DNA of 52,991 nucleotides from Patescibacteria group bacterium (lineage in GTDB: Bacteria; Patescibacteriota; Minisyncoccia; Phycocordibacterales; UBA9973), in the NCBI GenBank assembly GCA_018816985.1, contig JAHIVA010000021.1, forward strand, positions 1 through 52,991. Reading direction: 5' to 3'. The translations under genes and the position numbers were made by a program. Positions 1 through 7,058 of the stretch are shown here, piece after piece. Below the pieces are notes generated by a model. The model saw nothing but the letters and a program-made list of their open reading frames with translations, ran no database searches and was not told the origin of the DNA. Positions within the stretch are counted from its first letter, which is position 1; each line of letters starts with the position of its first letter.

Positions 1-519
1 AGTATATGTCTGCGTAGAAGGTCCGACACAATAAGCTCCACCATTAGCCGGAGCCGGATTGGTACAAGTACGAGTCTGAGTACCAGAAACTCCACATTGC
101 GTGCTCTGTGAACTCCAAGCACTCCAACCTCCGTTGACTATAGTAGGGGTTTGAGCACATGGAGAAGTTGTAAAATTATTAATATTTAAATTTACTGTGC
201 CAAAACGATCATTTCTTACTACAAGTCTGAAATAGTAAGTGGTATTTTCAGTGAGACCGAAAATAGCTTGTTGAATATCTCCATCTGTGTAGAAAGGTGG
301 TTGTACGGCGGTTGATATCCATTGTCCATTTGCTGTATTGTATTCAAAATGTGCATAAACTGGAGGATTAGTGCCTGTAGTAACGTATCCAGTTAGGGTA
401 GCACTATTACAGGAAGTAATAATATTTGCAGATGCTGGAGTAGGAACGACCAAAAAACCGAAGAGCGTAATAACACTCAACATTATTAATTCGACAGATA
501 ATTTTATTTTTTTATTCAT
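1..519 (-). CDS. secreted surface protein, N-terminal 173 codons only (runs off the window start): signal peptide, FN3-like domain, thrombospondin type-1 (TSP1)-like repeat
   Basis: Absent from the ORF track because it has no stop in the window. My reverse-complement translation from the ATG at 519..517 gives [31 protein letters not shown]...[14 protein letters not shown]...[44 protein letters not shown]. It is open for all 173 codons down to base 1. Confidence 0.75.
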   Translation of the reverse strand, partial: MNKKIKLSVELIMLSVITLFGFLVVPTPASANIITSCNSATLTGYVTTGTNPPVYAHFEYNTANGQWISTAVQPPFYTDGDIQQAIFGLTENTTYYFRLVVRNDRFGTVNLNINNFTTSPCAQTPTIVNGGWSAWSSQSTQCGVSGTQTRTCTNPAPANGGAYCVGPSTQTYT

Positions 520-631
520 TATATTTTTATCAACTATTTTTAATCTTTTCTTAAAAAGTAAAAATTCGACATTTTACTTTCCGGAATTATCAATTTTAAT
601 AATAAATTTTGAATTAATAACTTTGGAAAGT

Positions 632-713
632 AGAGGAGGCTGTGCAATAAAACACATGAACCTCCTCTCTGATAATGGCGTTCCTCAAAAGGGGGAACCA
701 AAAGAGAAACGCC
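632..713 (-). terminator. two stem-loops just downstream of the island-1 operon stop: 677..686/704..713 (10 bp, 1 mismatch) and 632..639/661..668 (AGAGGAGG/CCTCCTCT)
   Basis: Inverted repeats read directly. There is no clear U-tract on the minus strand, so the terminator function is uncertain. Confidence 0.3.
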
Positions 714-723
714 AAGATTGAGA

Positions 724-1581
724 TTACCGACCTCGTTGGGCAACACCAGTGTTGCCACCATGTCCATTTCTTGCCGACCCAGTGTTTCCACCGGGGCTGA
801 TGCCGGTTGGTGGCTGATGTTGTCGTGGTGGCTGATGTTGTCGTGGTGGCTGATGTTGTCGTGGTGGCTGATGTTGTCGTGGTGGCCGATGTTGTCGTGG
901 CTGGCGGTAATTTCTTCCATCACGATGACCACCACCTCCGCGACCAGTGCGGTAACGGTTGCCGGTGCGAACTGCATCGTAGCCACCACCGTAACCATAA
1001 CCGTAACCGATGGGAATTTGAACATCGATCCCCACCCCAACCGGCAGAGATTGAGGGTAGTAGCCATAGTTGGCGGGGGTTGTGTAGTAATTTTCCTCAG
1101 GATAGCTTGCCACAGGAGAGGTTCCTCCTCCACAGTCGCAATTGCAACTCGCGTTGTTGTTACGACCATCGTAACCATCACGACCTGGAGAACCCGGAGG
1201 TCCTGGAATCCCCTGAAGACCTTGTGGCCCTGGTTTGCCGTCCTTGGCTTGGACGATGGGGCCAACGACGATATTACGGTTAACCTCGTCGTTGCCACAA
1301 GAAACTACCCACTGCAGGATTCCATCCTTCTGGGCCACTACGGTCGCAGAAGGCAACATACATTCTCCCACCTGCTCGGGGTGGGATGCCGTTGGCCTGA
1401 ATCTTAGGTTGACGACCAACGGTCTGTCCGTGACGGTTAGGGTTTCCCCCTCCGCCAACTGACGATGGGTGTTCATGGCGGTCGGACCGCCAAGAACGCA
1501 TGCGGGAACTGCCGCGTTTAGCGTGCAGGGCCCGAAAATCACCGCTGCCACGAGAGTCGTGGCCATTAACAGCTTTTTCAT
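724..1581 (-). CDS. secreted low-complexity protein with a collagen-like GXY run, a Gly/Tyr-rich segment and five PRQHQP-type hexapeptide repeats (GC-rich island 1)
   Basis: I start it at MKKLLMATTLVAAVIFG (ATG 1581..1579), which has GGAAGGAGG 8 nt upstream and an ATGA overlap with the upstream gene. GKPGPQGLQGIPGPPGSPGRDGYDG is encoded at 1165..1239. It also contains CNCDCGGG, IGYGYGYGGGYD and PRQHRPPRQHQPPRQHQPPRQHQPPRQHQP. The listed start at 1605 lacks an SD. Confidence 0.7.
   Translation of the reverse strand: MKKLLMATTLVAAVIFGPCTLNAAVPACVLGGPTAMNTHRQLAEGETLTVTDRPLVVNLRFRPTASHPEQVGECMLPSATVVAQKDGILQWVVSCGNDEVNRNIVVGPIVQAKDGKPGPQGLQGIPGPPGSPGRDGYDGRNNNASCNCDCGGGTSPVASYPEENYYTTPANYGYYPQSLPVGVGIDVQIPIGYGYGYGGGYDAVRTGNRYRTGRGGGGHRDGRNYRQPRQHRPPRQHQPPRQHQPPRQHQPPRQHQPPTGISPGGNTGSARNGHGGNTGVAQRGR
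808..897. repeat. 5 tandem 18-bp units TGGTGGCTGATGTTGTCG (the last has one substitution)
   Basis: Units at 808, 826, 844, 862 and 880, read directly. They are in frame with the minus-strand CDS and encode the hexapeptide repeats. Confidence 0.95.
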
Positions 1582-1886
1582 CGTTGACGACCTCCTTCCG
1601 GGCATCGTACTGGAACAAGGCGTTCGCCAACGATGTCCCGAACATACGTGTGACCATCCCAGCGTGGGTTCCCTAACACAGGAACCTTTTCAAAACATCG
1701 GGCAACCACAATAGGTTGTGGTTGCGGTTGGGCAGCTGCGGCTCCAAAGAGGAAGCCCAGCCCCGCAAAAACACAGGGAACGATTAAATTGGGTCCTCCA
1801 TGTCCACCACGAGCCTGCGCGCTCGCTGGCGCGCAGAAACCAACAACTGCGATCGCCACGAGGGCGACCAAAAACTTTTTTTTCAT
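1578..1886 (-). CDS. small secreted protein (102 aa), first gene of GC-rich island 1
   Basis: MKKKFLVALVAIAVVGFCAPASA signal peptide. AAAGGAGA lies 6 nt upstream of the ATG. There is a 4-nt overlap with the downstream gene. No family recognised. Confidence 0.65.
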   Translation of the reverse strand: MKKKFLVALVAIAVVGFCAPASAQARGGHGGPNLIVPCVFAGLGFLFGAAAAQPQPQPIVVARCFEKVPVLGNPRWDGHTYVRDIVGERLVPVRCPEGGRQR

Positions 1887-1966
1887 TTTTTTCTCCTTTC
1901 TTTCAAAGAATTTTAGGGGGATACCCCTTTTTTTGGAGCACTTTCCCCACCGTTTTTTCAGTTAGG

Positions 1967-1995
1967 ATTGTATCATACCTTAGTGGAAATGTCAA
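1967..1995 (-). promoter_or_regulatory. sigma70-type promoter for island 1: TTGACA-N17-TACAAT (minus strand)
   Basis: The reverse complement reads TTGACAtttccactaaggtatgaTACAAT. The leader to the ATG at 1886 is about 75 nt. It shares the 11-mer TATGATACAAT with the island-2 promoter. Confidence 0.55.
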
Positions 1996-2026
1996 ATCAA
2001 AAATAGTTCTTATTTGTCTCTTTTTT

Positions 2027-2035
2027 TGCTAAAAT
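2027..2035 (+). promoter_or_regulatory. extended -10 TGCTAAAAT, 6 nt before the pyrD ATG (leaderless arrangement)
   Basis: TGCTAAAAT agcagt ATG, with no SD. Confidence 0.45.
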
Positions 2036-2041
2036 AGCAGT

Positions 2042-3136
2042 ATGCTTTTGACTCCATTTTATGATCCGGAAAAATCTTACGAGGAAAATTATAAAAAAGG
2101 TCCTTTTGGAGATTTTGCTAATGGAAAAGTTTTTAAAAATGAAGAAGAAGCGAAATATAATTTTCTAGGCTTTAAGGTAAATTCGCCTTTTGGTATTCCA
2201 GCTGGTCCACTTATCAATGGAAATTTTATGCAGGCAGCTTTTGAAAAAAGTTTTAATATTTGCGTTTACAAAACAGTGCGCACGCGCGAGAAAAAATGCA
2301 ATGATTGGCCGAATGTTTTACCGGTTAAGGTTGAGGGTGATCTAACGATGGAAAAAGCTCGACAAGGATTGATTACTAAAAAACAGTTTACCGAACCATT
2401 GGCTATTACTAATTCATTTGGTAATCCTTCTTATGACCCGAAAATTTGGCAAGCGGATATTGTTGAGCTTGTGAAATGGGTGAATAAGCGAAAGGGACAA
2501 GTGGTCTGTGGAATGATTGAAGGTACACGTTGGTCAGCTGATTTTACTGAACAAGATTTTTTAAATGACTGGGTTTTGGCTGCTCGCTTAATGAATGAAA
2601 CTAAAGTTCACGTAATTGAAGCTAATTTTAGTTGCCCCAATGAAGGTAATGAGGTTAAGCGACTTTTATGTTTTGATATTGAGCAATCTTTTCGTATTGT
2701 GGAAGCGATAAAAAAAGAAATTGGAAGAACACCTCTCATAATTAAAATTCCATATTTTGAAAACGAAATAGAATTACAGGAAATGGTTCAAAAACTGGGA
2801 AATGTCGTGGATGGTTTTTCCGCTATCAATACTATTCCTTCAACAATTCAAGATGAAAAAGGAAATCAGGCACTCCCAGGTGGAGAATGGCGACTGAGGT
2901 CTGGTGTCTGTGGTGCTCCGATTAAATGGGCTGGGCTGGAGATGGTTCGAAGATTAAAAAAATTACGGGAAGAATTTGGATATTCATATACTATTATTGG
3001 GGTCGGAGGAGTGACCACGTCGGAAGATTTTTTTGAATATCGAAAGGCCGGAGCTGATGTTGTAATGTCGGCTACAGGTGCAATGTGGAATCCGTATCTG
3101 GCGCAAGAAATTGCAGAGAGGCTGAAGAAGAGTTAA
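2042..3136 (+). CDS. pyrD: dihydroorotate dehydrogenase family protein (class-1-like)
   Basis: 364 aa. Motifs: FGIPAGP, the ANFSCPNEG Cys loop and GVGGVTTSEDFFEYRKAGADVVMSATG. It is the first gene of the pyr cluster, and no pyrK partner is seen. Confidence 0.7.
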   Translation: MLLTPFYDPEKSYEENYKKGPFGDFANGKVFKNEEEAKYNFLGFKVNSPFGIPAGPLINGNFMQAAFEKSFNICVYKTVRTREKKCNDWPNVLPVKVEGDLTMEKARQGLITKKQFTEPLAITNSFGNPSYDPKIWQADIVELVKWVNKRKGQVVCGMIEGTRWSADFTEQDFLNDWVLAARLMNETKVHVIEANFSCPNEGNEVKRLLCFDIEQSFRIVEAIKKEIGRTPLIIKIPYFENEIELQEMVQKLGNVVDGFSAINTIPSTIQDEKGNQALPGGEWRLRSGVCGAPIKWAGLEMVRRLKKLREEFGYSYTIIGVGGVTTSEDFFEYRKAGADVVMSATGAMWNPYLAQEIAERLKKS

Positions 3137-3145
3137 GATGGCTTT

Positions 3146-3808
3146 ATGAATAAAAAATTACAACAAATAGCCCTAGATTTCTACAGACTCAAAGCTATAA
3201 AATTTTCCAAAGAAGGATTTAAGTTTAATCTTCACGCGGAGCACCCAGAAGCGCCAGTAAGCCCAAATTATTTAAACTTACGAGATGTTTTTCGTAACCC
3301 AGAGGTTAGAAAAAAAATTGCTCAACAAATTGTGCCTATAGTGAAAAAATTAAAACCGGATATTTTAGTTGATTTGCCACAATCAATCTCTCCTATTACC
3401 ACGACCGTTTCGGATATGACCGGAATTCCAATGATTTCCGTACGGTCAGAAGCTCTCAAAGGGGTAAAAAAAGACCATGGGGTGAAACAAAATATAAATG
3501 GTACCTTTAAAAAAGGTCAAAAAGTTTTGATTATTGATGATGTGGTTTCCAGTTATGCTTTTACTAAAATTAAAGCCATAGAGGTTTTAATAGAAAGTGG
3601 CTTAAAAGTTATTCCTATAATCATCGTCGTGGCAGATAGGGAAGAGGGAGGAAGGGAAACTTTGAAAAAAATTAAATTTGATTTAGTTAGTGTTTTGGGT
3701 TTTAAAGATATTTTAAATTTTTACCTTGCTAAAAAATTAATAAATAAAGAAGATTATAAAAAATCTTTGGAATATAATAAATTTGCCAAAGATTATGTCA
3801 CAAAATAA
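3146..3808 (+). CDS. pyrE: orotate phosphoribosyltransferase-like PRTase
   Basis: 220 aa. The PRPP-loop VLIIDDVVSSYAFT is divergent. It lies between pyrD and pyrF. Confidence 0.6.
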   Translation: MNKKLQQIALDFYRLKAIKFSKEGFKFNLHAEHPEAPVSPNYLNLRDVFRNPEVRKKIAQQIVPIVKKLKPDILVDLPQSISPITTTVSDMTGIPMISVRSEALKGVKKDHGVKQNINGTFKKGQKVLIIDDVVSSYAFTKIKAIEVLIESGLKVIPIIIVVADREEGGRETLKKIKFDLVSVLGFKDILNFYLAKKLINKEDYKKSLEYNKFAKDYVTK

Positions 3809-4626
3809 TGATGAATATTATAGATAAATACAACAAAAGAGCTAAAAAGGTAGATTCATTATTGTGCGTTGGGTTGGATGCAGATTTTGCTAAAATTCCA
3901 AAAAGATTTTTGAAAAAGAAATTTCCACAATTTGAATTTAATAAATGGATTATTGAAGAGACGCACGAATACGCGGCTGCTTTTAAAATGAATAGTGCTT
4001 TTTATGAAGCACGAGGGGATAAGGGAATAAAAGAATTAAAAATGACGATGGATTATTTGAATAAAAATTATCCTGATATTTTTACAATTTTGGACGCGAA
4101 ACGCGCCGATATCGGCAATACTAATAACGGTTATGTAACAGCGATTTTTGATTGGTTAAATTTTGATGCAGTTACCTTACATCCCTATTTAGGGAAAGAG
4201 GCCTTGCAACCGTTTTTAGACAGGAAAGATAAAGGTTGCATTATTCTCTGCCGAACTTCCAATCCGGGCGCTGGTGAATTACAAGACTTGAATGTCAAAC
4301 ACCCGATGTTTGACACAAGAATGCCACTTTGGCAAATTGTGGCGGAAAAAGTTTCTCGAGACTGGAATAAAAATAAAAACTGCCTGCTTGTCGTCGGTGC
4401 GACTTATCCGAAAGAAATGAAAAAAATCAGACAAATTGTCGGGGAGATGACTTTTTTGGTGCCGGGGATAGGTGCTCAAGGCGGGGATTTGCAGGCTACC
4501 TTGAAAGCCGGATTAAACAGCAAGGGTTTAGGGCTTATCATTCATTCTGCCCGAGGGATTATTTTTTCCGGCAACCCAAAACTTGAAGCGCAAAAACTTC
4601 GGGACGAAATTAGGAAATATAAATGA
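3808..4626 (+). CDS. pyrF: orotidine 5'-phosphate decarboxylase (long type-2-like form)
   Basis: 272 aa. Motifs: LCVGLDAD and LDAKRADIGNT. TAATG overlap with pyrE. Confidence 0.8.
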   Translation: MMNIIDKYNKRAKKVDSLLCVGLDADFAKIPKRFLKKKFPQFEFNKWIIEETHEYAAAFKMNSAFYEARGDKGIKELKMTMDYLNKNYPDIFTILDAKRADIGNTNNGYVTAIFDWLNFDAVTLHPYLGKEALQPFLDRKDKGCIILCRTSNPGAGELQDLNVKHPMFDTRMPLWQIVAEKVSRDWNKNKNCLLVVGATYPKEMKKIRQIVGEMTFLVPGIGAQGGDLQATLKAGLNSKGLGLIIHSARGIIFSGNPKLEAQKLRDEIRKYK

Positions 4627-4648
4627 GACTTGATTTTATTTTTTAAAA

Positions 4649-4657
4649 TGTTAATAT
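4649..4657 (+). promoter_or_regulatory. candidate extended -10 TGTTAATAT, which would start a leader of about 108 nt for pyrC-carAB-pyrB
   Basis: Read in the 145-bp pyrF-pyrC spacer. Confidence 0.3.
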
Positions 4658-4736
4658 TTTACTTAATGTATCAGGCGAAGAAAAAGTTAAACACCTTTCG
4701 AACTCACAACTTTAATATTTCTGTTTCTATTATAAA

Positions 4737-4760
4737 AACCCCTATCGGGGTTATTTTTTT
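4737..4760 (+). terminator. intrinsic terminator or attenuator hairpin, AACCCC-tatc-GGGGTT followed by a T-tract
   Basis: 6-bp stem, 4-nt loop, then ATTTTTTT. It ends 11 nt before the pyrC ATG. Confidence 0.45.
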
Positions 4761-4771
4761 GTCCCAAATAT

Positions 4772-6007
4772 ATGCTTAGTATTGAAGGAATTATCGTAAA
4801 TAGTGAGGGGCAAAAAAGAGGTCGGATTGAAATCGACCAAAAGACCGGGTTAATTGTAAAAGTTACGGAACCATCCGGTGTGGCTGATGTCATTTTAAAA
4901 GATGAGTTAATCTTTCCTGGTTTTGTAGATTTACACGTGCACGCGAGAGAATGCGCAGACCACAGCCAGGACTACAAGGAGGATTTTAAAACCGCAGGGC
5001 AGGCGGCTATTAATGGCGGAGTAGTTGCTTTTATGGAAATGCCGAATAACCCTACTCCGCCGATAGATGATAAAAGTTATGCGGAGAAAAAAGAATTGAC
5101 ACAAAAATGCCCGATAGAGGTTGTGCTTTATGCTGGAATTGGAGAAAATACTCAACCGTTACAAAAATTGGCGTCCTATAAAGTTTTTATGGGACCTTCG
5201 GTTGGTGATTTATTTTTTCATTCGCTTTCGGAATTGGAAAAAGTTTTAGTGCAGTATCACGGACGTTCTGTAAGTTTTCATTGTGAGGATCCGAAAATTT
5301 TGGAAGATAATAAAGAGCGAGTTACTCACGGTGAACGTCGTCCTCCCGAAGCAGAAATTTCAGCGATTGATTTTGCCCTACAAATGATTAAAAAATATAA
5401 TTTACAGGGGAAAATTTGCCATTGTTCAACTAAAGAAGGTTTGGAAAAAATAAAAAATGCTAAAAAGCGCGGAATAAACGTTGTCGCGGAAGTTTCTCCA
5501 CATCATTTATATTTTGATTCTGAAATGCTGACAGAAAATAATCAGAAATTTATACAAATAAATCCACCTCTTCGCACTAGGGAAGACAGAAATTATTTAA
5601 TAAAAGCTTTACTTGAAGGGACGATAGATTTTATAGCCACTGACCACGCTCCGCATACCGAAGACGAAAAATTAAAAGGGACTTCTGGTACACCCCAACT
5701 CGATACTTATGGGCCTTTTGTTACTTGGCTGATAAAAGAACATAACTTTACTCCGGCGGACATTTTGCGTGTTTCTAGTTATAATCCTGGTAATTTTATT
5801 AATCAATTTACTGAAGGCAAGTATGGAAAAATAGAAGAGGGATATGTCGGGTCACTGACAATTCTTGATTTAAATAAACCAATTATGATTACTAAAGATG
5901 AACTTAAAACAAAATGTGGCTGGTCAGCGTTTGAGGGAATTACTTTTCCTGGCAGGGTGACAATGACGATAATAAAGGGCAAAGTTTATGCAAAACAAAA
6001 CGAGTAA
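4772..6007 (+). CDS. pyrC: dihydroorotase
   Basis: 411 aa. Motifs: FVDLHVHARE and IATDHAPH, which are amidohydrolase metal ligands. Confidence 0.85.
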   Translation: MLSIEGIIVNSEGQKRGRIEIDQKTGLIVKVTEPSGVADVILKDELIFPGFVDLHVHARECADHSQDYKEDFKTAGQAAINGGVVAFMEMPNNPTPPIDDKSYAEKKELTQKCPIEVVLYAGIGENTQPLQKLASYKVFMGPSVGDLFFHSLSELEKVLVQYHGRSVSFHCEDPKILEDNKERVTHGERRPPEAEISAIDFALQMIKKYNLQGKICHCSTKEGLEKIKNAKKRGINVVAEVSPHHLYFDSEMLTENNQKFIQINPPLRTREDRNYLIKALLEGTIDFIATDHAPHTEDEKLKGTSGTPQLDTYGPFVTWLIKEHNFTPADILRVSSYNPGNFINQFTEGKYGKIEEGYVGSLTILDLNKPIMITKDELKTKCGWSAFEGITFPGRVTMTIIKGKVYAKQNE

Positions 6008-7058
6008 AAAAGCTAAATTAATATTAAAGGATGGAAGTACTTTTGAGGGCGTGTCTTTTGGTGCGGAGAAATCTGTTTCTGGAGAAGTGGTTTTTGCTAC
6101 CGGAATGGCAGGATATCCAGAGGCTTTTACTGACCCTTCTTTTTGTGGACAAATTTTAGTAATGACTTACCCGCTTATTGGAAACTATGGAGTGCCGAAA
6201 AAAGAATTTTGGGAATCAGACAAAATTCAAATTTCTGGTTTAATAGTTTGTAACTATGTAGATACTCCCTCCCATCACGCTATGGAAAAGACACTTAGCG
6301 CTTGGCTTAAAAGTCGGGGTATTCCTGCTTTGGAAATTAAGGATACCAGAATGCTTACTCAAAAATTACGGGATGAAGGAGTAACTTTAGGTAAAATTAT
6401 TGCCGGCAATAATACCGTAAAATTTGAAGATCCAAATCTCAGGAATTTAGTGGCGGAAGTAAGCACTAAAAAAGTTTTATTTTTTGGTCAAGGCAAAAAA
6501 ACCATTGTGATTATAGATTGTGGTGAAAAAAGAAACATAATACGCAGACTATTGGCTCGCGGATTGAAAGTAGCGGTAGTGCCTTTTGATACAGATGTAG
6601 CTGAATTAAATTTCAATTTTGACGGAGTTTTAATTTCTAATGGTCCCGGAGATCCCAAGATGGTAAAAACCACAATAAAAAATGTAAAAAAAATTATCAA
6701 AAAAGGAATCCCCACACTTGGTATTTGTTTAGGGAATCAGATTCTTACTTTAGCTTTGGGTGGGGATACTTATAAATTAAAATTTGGACATCGCAGTCAA
6801 AATCAACCTGTGGTGGAAAAGAATACTAGAAAGTGTTATCTCACAACCCAAAATCACGGTTTTGCTGTTAATAAAATTCCTAAAAATTTCACTGAGTGGT
6901 TTTATAACGCTAACGACAATACAAATGAAGGGGTGATTCATAAAAGTTTACCGATAATGTCTGTGCAATTTCATCCCGAAAGTTCGCCTGGGCCACTTGA
7001 TACGGATTGGATTTTTGATTATTTTTTAGAAAGAGCGGGAATAAATTATGAAAAATAA
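5988..7058 (+). CDS. carA: carbamoyl-phosphate synthase small (glutaminase) subunit
   Basis: 356 aa. Motifs: GICLGNQIL nucleophile, NHGFAV and QFHPES. Confidence 0.9.
   Translation: MQNKTSKKAKLILKDGSTFEGVSFGAEKSVSGEVVFATGMAGYPEAFTDPSFCGQILVMTYPLIGNYGVPKKEFWESDKIQISGLIVCNYVDTPSHHAMEKTLSAWLKSRGIPALEIKDTRMLTQKLRDEGVTLGKIIAGNNTVKFEDPNLRNLVAEVSTKKVLFFGQGKKTIVIIDCGEKRNIIRRLLARGLKVAVVPFDTDVAELNFNFDGVLISNGPGDPKMVKTTIKNVKKIIKKGIPTLGICLGNQILTLALGGDTYKLKFGHRSQNQPVVEKNTRKCYLTTQNHGFAVNKIPKNFTEWFYNANDNTNEGVIHKSLPIMSVQFHPESSPGPLDTDWIFDYFLERAGINYEK

Noticed and set aside
808-897. The 18-bp tandem units as a possible CRISPR array.
   Set aside because: The units are directly adjacent with no spacers. They are only 18 bp long and lie in frame inside a CDS, where they encode hexapeptide repeats.
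540-1407. Long ORFs in other frames across island 1: 718..1407 (+), 807..1283 (+), 540..1298 (-) and 1280..1657 (-).
   Set aside because: They are shadow ORFs created by the GC-rich, repeat-containing sequence. They translate into runs such as WWLMLS or VVVADV. They have no SD, signal peptide or sensible start. The frame chosen has an SD, a signal peptide and an ATGA coupling to the upstream gene.
4687-4893. The minus-strand 68-aa ORF in the pyrF-pyrC spacer, and other antisense ORFs of 60-165 aa inside long genes (for example 39885..40382, 34998..35480 and 11485..11931).
   Set aside because: They lie antisense to well-supported conserved genes and have no recognisable motifs. Such ORFs are typical chance products in AT-rich DNA.
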